Below, piece by piece: positions 22,277 through 34,300 of a stretch of 64,000 nt of DNA; positions within the stretch are counted from its first letter, which is position 1, and each line of letters begins with the position of its first letter. A program made the translations under genes and the position numbers. The stretch is from positions 86,056-150,055 of the forward strand of contig NIVC01002678.1 of NCBI GenBank assembly GCA_002269645.1, read 5' to 3'. The stretch comes from Macrostomum lignano. Lineage: Eukaryota. The notes under the pieces were generated by a model. That model did not search any database, was not told the DNA's origin, and worked only from the letters and a program-made list of their open reading frames with translations.

Positions 22277-25200
22277 ATGGCCTCAGCACAGTTCTACAGC
22301 ATTGGGCATTTCGATCCAGACGAAGATCCGCTCAACAATGCAGATAAGTGGAACGAGTATGTGCAGGAAGTCGAGCTGTTCATGGAAGTGCAAGGAATAG
22401 CCGACGAAAAGAAGCAAGCTACATTCTTGCTTCTAGCAGGGCCGAAAATCCGAAAGCTGTTGCAAACCGTAAGCTATGAACAAGGCTACGAAGCAACGAA
22501 GGAAGCGCTCAGCTCTCTATTCCAAGGTGCAACCAATAGCGTCCATGAGACTTACAAGCTGCTGTCAGTTAGCCAGATAGAGGGAGAAACGTTTGATTCC
22601 TTCTACAGTCGTCTAAAAAGTGCAGCAAAGTACTGCAACTTGCACGTCGAGTACAAGCCTGGAGGAAACGAGAGTACAGTGAAGCTTAGCTTCGAGGATC
22701 GCCTGCTACGCGATCTGATAGTCCTAAAGAGTACATCAAAGCCGCTAAGGACTCTGCTGCTAAAGGAAGGCTCTGACCTCACCTTAAAGAAGGCAGTAGA
22801 AATCAGCAAGAATTTCGAAGCAACAAAAACGCAGGCTAAAGACATTGAAAAACCAACCAATGAGGCGCGCAACACAGTCAGCAAAATCGACAACAGACCA
22901 ACTAACAAGCTACAGTTCAAACAGACTGACAAGCGGACATCAACTCCAAACACCAACAAGTGCGATCGAGTCTGCTACAGATGCAACAGAACAGGTCACC
23001 GTCCCTGGGATTGCTTCGCTCGTAACATGGAATGCAAAGTTTGCCATAAGAAAGGGCACATCAAGCAAGCATGTAGACTATGTCTAAAGACAGGGAGCAG
23101 AATAAAAACCAGAAATATTCAGATATCTGAGCAACCGGAAGAGCAAAATGGCAACGACGAATCGAATGGTGAAGAGATCAACACTGTCGCTATGACTGAA
23201 TCGAAGGAATCAGCAGGCGCAAGAGCCAAAGTGAAGATCAATGGTATTGAGAGTACAGTGCTCATTGACTCCGGATCTTCAGCAAGTTTGATAAGTATGA
23301 AATCGTGGGAGTTAGTGAAGTCAAAGGATACCGTCCTAAACAGATCAGAAAAGCCAAGACTATATGCCTATATGTCGAAAAAGGCGCTGGAAGTCTTGGG
23401 AACAACAACACTGGTTGTGATGGCTGGAGACTCAGTGAAGCGAATCAAATTTATCGTGACGTGCGGTATCAACGCTGAGACAATACTCGGATGTCAAGAC
23501 AGCATCGATTTGAATTTGCTGCAGATAACGATCAATCAGATTGAGAAGAAAAACGAAGAAATCGAACGAATTCTGAAAGATCATCAGGAGGTATTTCAGG
23601 GAGTTGGTAGATTGACCACGCAGCCAGCAGTGACCATTGCTCTGAAGGAAGGAAGCACGCCGACATCACAATCGATAACAAGAGTAGCTGCCCATCTCAG
23701 AGAAGCACTCCTACAAGAACTGGAAGAGCAGGAAAACTCAGGAATCATAGAGAAAGTTGATGGTCCCAGTGCATGGCTTTCGCCGCTAGTTGTCGTCCCA
23801 AAAGGAAAGACTGGTAATGTACGACTGACCGTTGACTTTCGAAACTTAAACGAGGCAACGGAAAAGCTACAATTTCCTATCCCATCTCTGGATGATCAGC
23901 TCACCAATATGGGAGAAGCAAGCTGCTTCAGCTACATTGATGGCAAGAAAATGTTCCATCAAATTGAACTGGACAGTGAATCTAGACATCTGACAACGTT
24001 CTCAACAGGAATCCCTGGACAACCGCTGTACAGGTACAAACGATTGCCGATGGGTTGGGCCAACTCGTCATTCTATCTTCAAGCCTACATGACAAAAGTT
24101 TTGGCTGGTTTACTAGGGCTACTAAAATACTAAATATTTAGGATGATATAATTGTGTATGGAAAGGACGTCATGGAACACAACAACAGGCTAAAGCAGGT
24201 CTTAGCAAGGCTCGTGGAGAACGGCATGACCGTTGGAAAGGAAAAATGCAAATTTGGAATGAGTAAAGCTACTTTTATGGGATTTATTCTAACCGAGAAG
24301 GGAATAACCATCCACGAGAAGAAAACGGAAGCTATTCAAATGTTCAAACCACCGTGCAATCCAAGTGAAGTTAAATCGTTTCTTGGTCTAGCACAATTTG
24401 TTGCTCGATTCGTACCAAACCTAGCAACCTTGTCGAAGCCTCTGAATGACCTCACAAAGAAAGGAAAAACTTGGGAATGGGGTCCAGAACAAGAAAATTC
24501 TTTCAACAGCATCAAAGCAGCGATCAGCTCAACGGAAACGCTCGCGTACTTTGTAACAGGGCGAGAAACTCAGCTGCGAGTAGACGCTAGTCCTGTCGGT
24601 CTTGGTGCGATCTTGGTTCAGAGGCAGAAAGGTGGAAATCTACAGCCAGTTTGCTATGCCAGTAGAACTCTCACAGACGTGGAGACTCGATACAGTCAAA
24701 TCGAGCGAGAAGCATTTGCAATTAAATGGGGATGCGAGAAAATTTCTCACTTTCTCAAAGGAGCAGCCGAATTTACGGTAATAACGGATCATAAACCTCT
24801 ACTCGGATGTTTTGCATCGAACTCAAAACCACCACCAAGAATTGAGCGTTGGGCAATGAGATTGCAGCCATTCAACTTTAAGATAAAATATGAACCAGGC
24901 GACACCAACGAGGCAGATATTTTGTCGAGACAACCGGTGAAAACACCAAACGACACACTCTGCAATTGATGCAACATCGCATTCGTTAACAGCAAACTTG
25001 AAAGCGCAGTAAGCACAGCTCTGAGCTTAAGAGCAGATCCGAAAAGATTCTGCGATTGATGATGAAATTGTCGAGGCACTGGAATCAATAGTATCAGGAG
25101 GAACATGGAAAAAGCACAACAAACTATTTGCAGAAAGAAATAAACTATCGGAGCAGAATGGAATTCTCCTGTACTAAGACCGCATTGTCTTGCCGAAGAG

Positions 25201-26332
25201 TCTGCGACAAAAAGCTCTGTTAATTGCCCATGAAGGACATCAAGGCATTTCCAAAGCCAAAGAACGACTGCGAAGTACCGTATTTTGGCCTGGTATAAGC
25301 AAAGACGTGGAGATCTTTTGCAAGAAATGCAATGTGTGCATCCACACAACGAAAAAAGGAAGTCGGATCCCAATTGTGCCAACGGAAATTCCGGATAAGC
25401 CGTGGGACAAAGTGGCAATGGACTTCAAAGGACCACTTCCGAATGGTAGCAACCTGCTAGTTTTCATCTACTACCACTCGAGATTTCCTCTAGTGTTCAT
25501 CATGAAGCGCACAGAAGCGAGCGACGTAGTGCGAATTCTAAAGAAAGTGATTTCACTATTTGGACCATTGAAAGAACTCGTCTCAGACAACGGAACAAAT
25601 TTCTGTTCGAAAGTCGTTGACGAATACCTTAACAGTCAAGGCGTCATTCACTCTCGGATAATTCCGCGTCACCCAGCAGCAAATGGGGAGGTGGAAAGAT
25701 TCAATGAAACATTGAACAAAGTCATCAGAAGATCCAGAATTTTGAATGGATCAAGTTTTGAAGAGGAATTTCAAATCTTTTTGCACGCCTATAGAACAAC
25801 ACCGATGAGAGCAACAGGCGTAGCGCCAGCAAACCTTTTCTTTCGGTGGAGCGCGCGGACAAAACTTCCTCAAATGAACGACGAGACAATAGATCCTTTG
25901 ATTAAGCAGAAAGATAAAGACGCCGACTACAAAAGAAAAATGTCCAACTACGCTAATCGGAACGCTCGTGACTGCGACATCAAAACAGGTGACACAGTAG
26001 TGATTGAAAGGGAAGCAAGGAACAAGTACGATAGTATTTTTGGTACAGAGCAATACTACGTAAGGAAGCGAGTCGGAGGACTGTTGATCCTGGAGAACAA
26101 AAGTGGCACAATCAAGAAGCGCCACGTTAATAAGGCCAGAAAGATATTCCCAGACTCAGAATCGGACGAGGATCTGGTAACGTTTTCTGGTGGAGGAGGA
26201 ATGAGCGACAGTCAGCGAGAAAAGAGGGACGCATCCGAAATACCACAGTGTGATCCAAGAACAATGCGCAGAAGTGGACTCCGACCACAGACTGTACTGA
26301 GGAGGCCAATTCGTTTCCCTACAATGAACTGA
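22277..26332 (+). pseudogene. gag-pol: Disrupted gag-pol of element 2
   Basis: 22277-24133 has CYRCNRTGHRPWDC and CKVCHKKGHIKQAC knuckles, protease LIDSGSS and RT LTVDFRNLN. The YLDD motif is broken by an indel at ~24121-24146. 24154-24969 carries the RT end and RNase H (VDAS, EREAFA, TDHKP). Further frameshifts and a TAA occur near 24967-25183. 25190-26332 is integrase (HEGHQG..C..C, MDFKGP, SDNG, NGEVERFN). Confidence 0.93.
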
Positions 26333-27191
26333 TTTTACTAAAGGTGGAGGGATGTGGAATCCCCAGACTGATTGTTCATTTCATTTATCTATGCTTGTAC
26401 CATAGAGTATTCTATTCTTTATATTACACGCGACCGCCAAGAGAAACTTTATATTGCTTGGCCACACGAACACCACAATGATATTTCATGACATGCTATT
26501 TCATGACACGCCGATTCTTATGAAAAGCTAGCAGCATCTCCAGCCCACACCAGTCGCAGCTTCTGGCAGCAACCGGCCTGCAGCCAAGATGGCTGCCCAT
26601 CAATCTGACCAACATCCCCAGCCCGTTGCCTCGCATTGCTGAGATAACAATTGAGCACATAAGGCCCGAATTTCTTGCATAACTTCATACAGCAAGCAGT
26701 CAGTTTTGCTGACTTGGGCTTTGCACCAATGGAGAAAATTCACTTCAGAAATTTAGTGCAAATATTAAAAATTAAATTAAAATTTTTATTGAATAAAAAA
26801 TAATAAAATTCATTCACATTCTTTCAGTTAAAGTTTAAAAAATTTTAGTTGATAAAGTTTCAAAAAAAGCAAAAACATTTTTTTTGAATTTCAGTTTAAA
26901 CAATATCGATTTACTAATTGCAATTCATTTCAAACTAAAAACTTAAAATGACATGTTCGGTCTGTTGTTCGATCTCTCAATAAAACTTCATGCCGCTGTA
27001 TCGAAATAAAAATTATCTCGAATTCCAGCCGCAGCAACCAGGAATTCGAAAAACTCGAAAATTCCTCGCTCTGCAGTGGCTCTATAAATATGGCTCGCCA
27101 TCTCGGCAAGTTTTGCGACTCTTCGACAGCTAAGCGAGGCGGAGGAATCTCATCAGAAGACCAACTCAGCATTCAGGTCTGGTGAGTCATT

Positions 27192-30100
27192 TTCTCAGAC
27201 CTGTGCCGTGAAGTGTCAGTCCTCACTGAGCCTCTCTTCATCTGCTCTCGTGTCTGCCCTCACTGAGCCGCTCTTCATCTGCTCTCGTGTCTGCCCTCAC
27301 TGAGCCGCTCTTCCTCTGCTCTCGTGTCTGCCTTTCTTAGCCGCTCTTCATCTGCTCTCGTGTCTGCCCTCACTGAGCCGCTCTTCATCTGCTCTCGTGT
27401 CTGCCTTTCTTAGCCGCTCTTCATCTGCTCTCGTGTCTGCCTTTCTTAGCCGCTCTTCATCTGCTCTCGTGTCTGCCTTTCTTCGCCGCTCTTCATCTGC
27501 TCTCGTGTCTGCCTTTCTTAGCCGCTCTTCATCTGCTCTCGTGTCTGCCTTCACTGAGCCGCTCTTCATCTGCTCTCGTGTCTGCCCTCACTGAGCCGCT
27601 CTTCATCTGCTCTCGTGTCTGCCCTCACTGAGCCGCTCTTCATCTGCTCTCGTGTCTGCCCTCACTGAGCCGCTCTTCCTCTGCTCTCGTGTCTGCCTTT
27701 CTTAGCCGCTCTTCATCTGCTCTCGTGTCTGCCCTCACTGAGCCTCTCTTCATCTGCTCTCGTGTCTGCCTTTCTTAGCCGCTCTTCATCTGCTCTCGTG
27801 TCTGCCCTCACTGAGCCTCTCTTCATCTGCTCTCGTGTCTGCCTTTCTTAGCCTCTCTTCATCTGCTCTCGTGTCTGCCTTTCTTAGCCGCTCTTCATCT
27901 GCTCTCGTGTCTGCCTTTCTTAGCCGCTCTTCATCTGCTCTCGTGTCTGCCCTCACTGAGCCGCTCTTCATCTGCTCTCGTGTCTGCCTTTCTTAGCCGC
28001 TCTTCATCTGCTCTCGTGTCTGCCCTCACTGAGCCGCTCTTCATCTGCTCTCGTGTCTGCCCTCACTGAGCCGCTCTTCATCTGCTCTCGTGTCTGCCTT
28101 TCTTAGCCGCTCTTCATCTGCTCTCGTGTCTGCCTTTCTTAGCCGCTCTTCATCTGCTCTCGTGTCTGCCTTTCTTAGCCGCTCTTCATCTGCTCTCGTG
28201 TCTGCCTTTCTTAGCCGCTCTTCATCTGCTCTCGTGTCTGCCTTCACTGAGCCGCTCTTCATCTGCTCTCGTGTCTGCCCTCACTGAGCCGCTCTTCATC
28301 TGCTCTCGTGTCTGCCCTCACTGAGCCGCTCTTCATCTGCTCTCGTGTCTGCCCTCACTGAGCCGCTCTTCATCTGCTCTCGTGTCTGCCCTCACTGAGC
28401 CGCTCTTCATCTGCTCTCGTATCTGCCTTTCTGTTCTCAGGCTGTGCCGTGAAGTATCATTCCTCACTGAGCCGCTCTTCATCTGCTCTCGTGTCTGCCC
28501 TCACTGAGCCGCTCTTCATCTGCTCTCGTGTCTGCCCTCACTGAGCCGCTCTTCATCTGCTCTCGTGTCTGCCCTCACTGAGCCGCTCTTCATCTGCTCT
28601 CGTGTCTGCCTTTCTTAGCCGCTCTTCATCTGCTCTCGTGTCTGCCCTCACTGAGCCGCTCTTCATCTGCTCTCGTGTCTGCCCTCACTGAGCCGCTCTT
28701 CATCTGCTCTCATGTCTGCCTTTCTTAGCCGCTCTTCATCTGCTCTCGTGTCTGCCCTCACTGAGCCTCTCTTCATCTGCTCTCGTGTCTGCCTTTCTTA
28801 GCCGCTCTTCATCTGCTCTCGTGTCTGCCCTCACTGAGCCGCTCTTCATCTGCTCTCGTGTCTGCCCTCACTGAGCCGCTCTTCATCTGCTCTCGTGTCT
28901 GCCTTTCTTAGCCGCTCTTCCTCTGCTCTCGTGTCTGCCTTTCTTAGCCGCTCTTCATCTGCTCTCGTGTCTGCCCTCACTGAGCCTCTCTTCATCTGCT
29001 CTCGTGTCTGCCTTTCTTAGCCGCTCTTCATCTGCTCTCGTGTCTGCCCTCACTGAGCCGCTCTTCATCTGCTCTCGTGTCTGCCCTCACTGAGCCGCTC
29101 TTCATCTGCTCTCGTGTCTGCCTTTCTTAGCCGCTCTTCCTCTGCTCTCGTGTCTGCCTTTCTTAGCCGCTCTTCATCTGCTCTCGTGTCTGCCCTCACT
29201 GAGCCTCTCTTCATCTGCTCTCGTGTCTGCCTTTCTTAGCCGCTCTTCATCTGCTCTCGTGTCTGCCCTCACTGAGCCTCTCTTCATCTGCTCTCGTGTC
29301 TGCCTTTCTTAGCCTCTCTTCATCTGCTCTCGTGTCTGCCTTTCTTAGCCGCTCTTCATCTGCTCTCGTGTCTGCCTTTCTTAGCCGCTCTTCATCTGCT
29401 CTCGTGTCTGCCCTCACTGAGCCGCTCTTCATCTGCTCTCGTGTCTGCCTTTCTTAGCCGCTCTTCATCTGCTCTCGTGTCTGCCCTCACTGAGCCGCTC
29501 TTCATCTGCTCTCGTGTCTGCCTTTCTTAGCCGCTCTTCATCTGCTCTCGTGTCTGCCTTTCTTAGCCGCTCTTCATCTGCTCTCGTGTCTGCCTTTCTT
29601 AACCGCTCTTCATCTGCTCTCGTGTCTGCCCTCACTGAGCCGCTCTTCCTCTGCTCTCGTGTCTGCCTTTCTTAGCCGCTCTTCATCTGCTCTCGTGTCT
29701 GCCCTCACTGAGCCGCTCTTCATCTGCTCTCGTGTCTGCCTTTCTTAGCCGCTCTTCATCTGCTCTCGTGTCTGCCCTCACTGAGCCGCTCTTCATCTGC
29801 TCTCGTATCTGCCTTTCTGTTCTCAGGCTGTGCCGTGAAGTATCATTCCTCACTGAGCCGCTCTTCATCTGCTCTCGTGTCTGCCCTCACTAAGCCGCTC
29901 TTCATCTGCTCTCGTGTCTGCCCTCACTGAGCCGCTCTTCCTCTGCTCTCGCGTCTGCCCTCACTAAGCCGCTCTTCATCTGCTCTCGTGTCTGCCCTCA
30001 CTGAGCCGCTCTTCATCTGCTCTCGTGTCTGCCCTCACTGAGCCGCTCTTCATCTGCTCTCGTATCTGCCTTTCTGTTCTCAGGCTGTGCCGTGAAGTAT

Positions 30101-33100
30101 CATTCCTCACTGAGCCGCTCTTCCTCTGCTCTCGTGTCTGCCCTCACTAAGCCGCTCTTCATCTGCTCTCGTGTCTGCCCTCACTGAGCCGCTCTTCATC
30201 TGCTCTCGTATCTGCCTTTCTGTTCTCAGGCTGTGCCGTGAAGTATCAGTCCTCACTGAGCCGCTCTTCCTCTGCTCTCGTGTCTGCCCTCACTGAGCCG
30301 CTCTTCCTCTGCTCTCGTGTCTGCCCTCACTGAGCCGCTCTTCCTCTGCTCTCGTGTCTGCCTTTCTTAGCCGCTCTTCATCTGCTCTCGTGTCTGCCCT
30401 CACTGAGCCGCTCTTCATCTGCTCTCGTGTCTGCCCTCACTGAGCCGCTCTTCATCTGCTCTCGTGTCTGCCTTTCTTAGCCGCTCTTCATCTGCTCTCG
30501 TGTCTGCCTTTCTTAGCCGCTCTTCATCTGCTCTCGTGTCTGCCTTTCTTAGCCGCTCTTCATCTGCTCTCGTGTCTGCCCTCACTGAGCCGCTCTTCAT
30601 CTGCTCTCGTGTCTGCCCTCACTGAGCCGCTCTTCATCTGCTCTCGTGTCTGCCTTTCTTAGCCGCTCTTCCTCTGCTCTCGTGTCTGCCTTTCTTAGCC
30701 GCTCTTCATCTGCTCTCGTGTCTGCCCTCACTGAGCCTCTCTTCATCTGCTCTCGTGTCTGCCTTTCTTAGCCGCTCTTCATCTGCTCTCGTGTCTGCCC
30801 TCACTGAGCCTCTCTTCATCTGCTCTCGTGTCTGCCTTTCTTAGCCTCTCTTCATCTGCTCTCGTGTCTGCCCTCACTGAGCCGCTCTTCATCTGCTCTC
30901 GTGTCTGCCCTCACTGAGCCGCTCTTCATCTGCTCTCGTGTCTGCCCTCACTGAGCCGCTCTTCATCTGCTCTCGTGTCTGCCCTCACTGAGCCGCTCTT
31001 CATCTGCTCTCGTGTCTGCCCTCACTGAGCCGCTCTTCATCTGCTCTCGTGTCTGCCTTTCTTAGCCGCTCTTCCTCTGCTCTCGTGTCTGCCTTTCTTA
31101 GCCGCTCTTCATCTGCTCTCGTGTCTGCCCTCACTGAGCCTCTCTTCATCTGCTCTCGTGTCTGCCTTTCTTAGCCGCTCTTCATCTGCTCTCGTGTCTG
31201 CCCTCACTGAGCCGCTCTTCATCTGCTCTCGTGTCTGCCCTCACTGAGCCGCTCTTCATCTGCTCTCGTGTCTGCCTTTCTTAGCCGCTCTTCCTCTGCT
31301 CTCGTGTCTGCCTTTCTTAGCCGCTCTTCATCTGCTCTCGTGTCTGCCCTCACTGAGCCTCTCTTCATCTGCTCTCGTGTCTGCCTTTCTTAGCCGCTCT
31401 TCATCTGCTCTCGTGTCTGCCCTCACTGAGCCTCTCTTCATCTGCTCTCGTGTCTGCCTTTCTTAGCCTCTCTTCATCTGCTCTCGTGTCTGCCTTTCTT
31501 AGCCGCTCTTCATCTGCTCTCGTGTCTGCCTTTCTTAGCCGCTCTTCATCTGCTCTCGTGTCTGCCCTCACTGAGCCGCTCTTCATCTGCTCTCGTGTCT
31601 GCCTTTCTTAGCCGCTCTTCATCTGCTCTCGTGTCTGCCCTCACTGAGCCGCTCTTCATCTGCTCTCGTGTCTGCCTTTCTTAGCCGCTCTTCATCTGCT
31701 CTCGTGTCTGCCTTTCTTAGCCGCTCTTCATCTGCTCTCGTGTCTGCCTTTCTTAACCGCTCTTCATCTGCTCTCGTGTCTGCCCTCACTGAGCCGCTCT
31801 TCCTCTGCTCTCGTGTCTGCCTTTCTTAGCCGCTCTTCATCTGCTCTCGTGTCTGCCCTCACTGAGCCGCTCTTCATCTGCTCTCGTGTCTGCCTTTCTT
31901 AGCCGCTCTTCATCTGCTCTCGTGTCTGCCCTCACTGAGCCGCTCTTCATCTGCTCTCGTATCTGCCTTTCTGTTCTCAGGCTGTGCCGTGAAGTATCAT
32001 TCCTCACTGAGCCGCTCTTCATCTGCTCTCGTGTCTGCCCTCACTAAGCCGCTCTTCATCTGCTCTCGTGTCTGCCCTCACTGAGCCGCTCTTCCTCTGC
32101 TCTCGCGTCTGCCCTCACTAAGCCGCTCTTCATCTGCTCTCGTGTCTGCCCTCACTGAGCCGCTCTTCATCTGCTCTCGTGTCTGCCCTCACTGAGCCGC
32201 TCTTCATCTGCTCTCGTATCTGCCTTTCTGTTCTCAGGCTGTGCCGTGAAGTATCATTCCTCACTGAGCCGCTCTTCCTCTGCTCTCGTGTCTGCCCTCA
32301 CTAAGCCGCTCTTCATCTGCTCTCGTGTCTGCCCTCACTGAGCCGCTCTTCATCTGCTCTCGTATCTGCCTTTCTGTTCTCAGGCTGTGCCGTGAAGTAT
32401 CAGTCCTCACTGAGCCGCTCTTCCTCTGCTCTCGTGTCTGCCCTCACTGAGCCGCTCTTCCTCTGCTCTCGTGTCTGCCCTCACTGAGCCGCTCTTCCTC
32501 TGCTCTCGTGTCTGCCTTTCTTAGCCGCTCTTCATCTGCTCTCGTGTCTGCCCTCACTGAGCCGCTCTTCATCTGCTCTCGTGTCTGCCCTCACTGAGCC
32601 GCTCTTCATCTGCTCTCGTGTCTGCCTTTCTTAGCCGCTCTTCATCTGCTCTCGTGTCTGCCTTTCTTAGCCGCTCTTCATCTGCTCTCGTGTCTGCCTT
32701 TCTTAGCCGCTCTTCATCTGCTCTCGTGTCTGCCCTCACTGAGCCGCTCTTCATCTGCTCTCGTGTCTGCCCTCACTGAGCCGCTCTTCATCTGCTCTCG
32801 TGTCTGCCTTTCTTAGCCGCTCTTCCTCTGCTCTCGTGTCTGCCTTTCTTAGCCGCTCTTCATCTGCTCTCGTGTCTGCCCTCACTGAGCCTCTCTTCAT
32901 CTGCTCTCGTGTCTGCCTTTCTTAGCCGCTCTTCATCTGCTCTCGTGTCTGCCCTCACTGAGCCTCTCTTCATCTGCTCTCGTGTCTGCCTTTCTTAGCC
33001 TCTCTTCATCTGCTCTCGTGTCTGCCCTCACTGAGCCGCTCTTCATCTGCTCTCGTGTCTGCCCTCACTGAGCCGCTCTTCATCTGCTCTCGTGTCTGCC

Positions 33101-33246
33101 CTCACTGAGCCGCTCTTCATCTGCTCTCGTGTCTGCCCTCACTGAGCCGCTCTTCATCTGCTCTCGTGTCTGCCCTCACTGAGCCGCTCTTCATCTGCTC
33201 TCGTGTCTGCCCTCACTGAGCCGCTCTTCATCTGCTCTCGTGCCTT
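27192..33246 (+). repeat. Satellite of 37-bp (A), 36-bp (B) and 72-bp (C) monomers with a 2154-bp higher-order duplication
   Basis: The core GCCGCTCTTCATCTGCTCTCGTGTCTGCC is followed by CTCACTGA (A) or TTTCTTA (B). C carries GTATCTGCCTTTCTGTTCTCAGGCTGTGCCGTGAAGTATCATTCCTCACTGA. Identical track ORFs are offset by 2154 bp (29247/31401, 29683/31837, 30415/32569). Confidence 0.95.
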
Positions 33247-33416
33247 TGTTGATGCGTCCATAGACATGGCTGGAAATGCGGACTCTTCTTTGTCGGAACT
33301 TTCAATTTCCTCGCAACCGTCTTCAATTGTCAGCCACGTCGTATTTTTGCTTAATGCCCTCTGACAGATTTCTTTTACAGGAGGGAGAATAGTGAGTTCT
33401 AAGAGAGAATAGTTTG

Positions 33417-33586
33417 CTACACCCCGAAAGCAAAGATGAAGAGACCAGCTGCAGTACCAACGCTTGAGCATGCAGCGTAAAGTTGGCCATGTGAGAAGCA
33501 GGGTGACTCCAAGTTGATTCTGGCCAGCGAATTTTTCTTAAGCGACTGTCCCTGGGCTTCATGGTCTGGGCAAACCTTCGGATGGG
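33417..33586 (-). pseudogene. Helitron RepHel/PIF1-like helicase C-terminal remnant
   Basis: Two frames join to give PIRRFAQTM / AQGQSL..INLESPCFSHGQLYAACSSVGTAAGLFIFA. This resembles the known Helitron helicase C-terminus (P(I/V)RLAFAMTINKSQGQSL..GLNLENPCFSHGQLYVACSRVG). There is a frameshift near 33558. Confidence 0.8.
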
Positions 33587-33599
33587 ATGACAGTAAGGA

Positions 33600-34300
33600 T
33601 AGAAAATAAAAAAGAAAGAAGGGCGGGCAGAGAAGGCGGAGAGAAGAGATAAGGAGAGCAGAGGGAAAAGGGAAGTGAGAGGTGAGATGGGGAGAGAAAG
33701 GAACAGAAAAGAGAAAGGAGGGGAGAGAAGAGGGAGAAAGGAGAGCGGGAGGAGAGATGGGGAGAGAGGGGAGAAAGGAGAGAATAGAGAGAAGCAAAAA
33801 GGCGAGAAAGAAAAGATAGAAAAATTAGTGAGGAATAATATAGACGGAAAGGGGAGAGAAATAAACAAAGGAGAGAAGAGGGAAAAGAGAGTACAGAGAA
33901 AGTGGTAGAGGTGGAGAGAGAGGAGAGAAGAGAGAGAAAGAGAGGAGATATGGGGAAAGATTGGAGAAAAAATAGAAAAAAGAGAAAGAGAGGAGATATG
34001 GGGAAAGATTGGAGAAAGAAGAGAAAAGAGAGGAGAAAAGATAGGAGACAAAAAAAGATAAATAAGTGAGAGATGGTACAAAAGAAGAGGGGAGGGTGGA
34101 GAGAAAGGAGAGGAGAGAAAAGGGGAAAGAAGAGAAAGGAAAAAGGGATGAGAGTTGAGATGGGGAGAGAGGGGAGAGAGGGGAGAAAAGTTAGGATAGG
34201 AGAAATTGGAGTGGGAAGAGAATTAGGGGAGAGAGGAGGGGGAGAGGGGAGAAACCGGGAGGGAGAAGCGTGGAGAGAGGAGAGATGAGAGACAGAGGGC
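33600..34300 (+). repeat. Polypurine (GA-rich) low-complexity tract
   Basis: Almost exclusively G/A on the plus strand; it produces spurious L/S/F/P-rich minus-strand ORFs. Confidence 0.88.

Larger units (their letters stand above)
22091..26477 (+). mobile_element. Ty3/Gypsy LTR retrotransposon, Mag-like, full length but frameshifted
   Basis: LTRs are 22091-22215 and 26353-26477 (125 bp, TGTGG...CCACA, 2 mismatches). The PBS is TGGTGGCAGCGGTG at 22217-22230 and the PPT is AAGGTGGAGGGA at 26341-26352. The flanks ATGCT/ATGAT form an imperfect 5-bp TSD. Gag and pol are fused and gag has two CCHC knuckles. Confidence 0.94.

Noticed and set aside
26527-26597. CTAG plus a GCAGCC/GGCTGC hairpin as the 3' end of the helicase-bearing Helitron
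   Set aside because: The hairpin is ~50 bp from the CTAG, much farther than the usual ~10-15 nt, so support is insufficient.
27080-27190. Possible small exon (TATAAA, ATG at ~27091, GTGAGT donor at 27182)
   Set aside because: The peptide is ~30 aa with no recognisable similarity, the TATA-like motif is implausibly close to the ATG, and I found no partner exon.
27348-32754. RKADTRADEERL repeat ORFs and their SSSALVSAF antisense counterparts
   Set aside because: They occur only where 36-bp B monomers run consecutively and are broken by 37-bp monomers, so they are satellite artefacts.
27192-33246. CRISPR-like appearance of 36-37 bp repeats
   Set aside because: There are no unique spacers, only two alternative 7-8 nt variants, no cas genes, and the context is eukaryotic.
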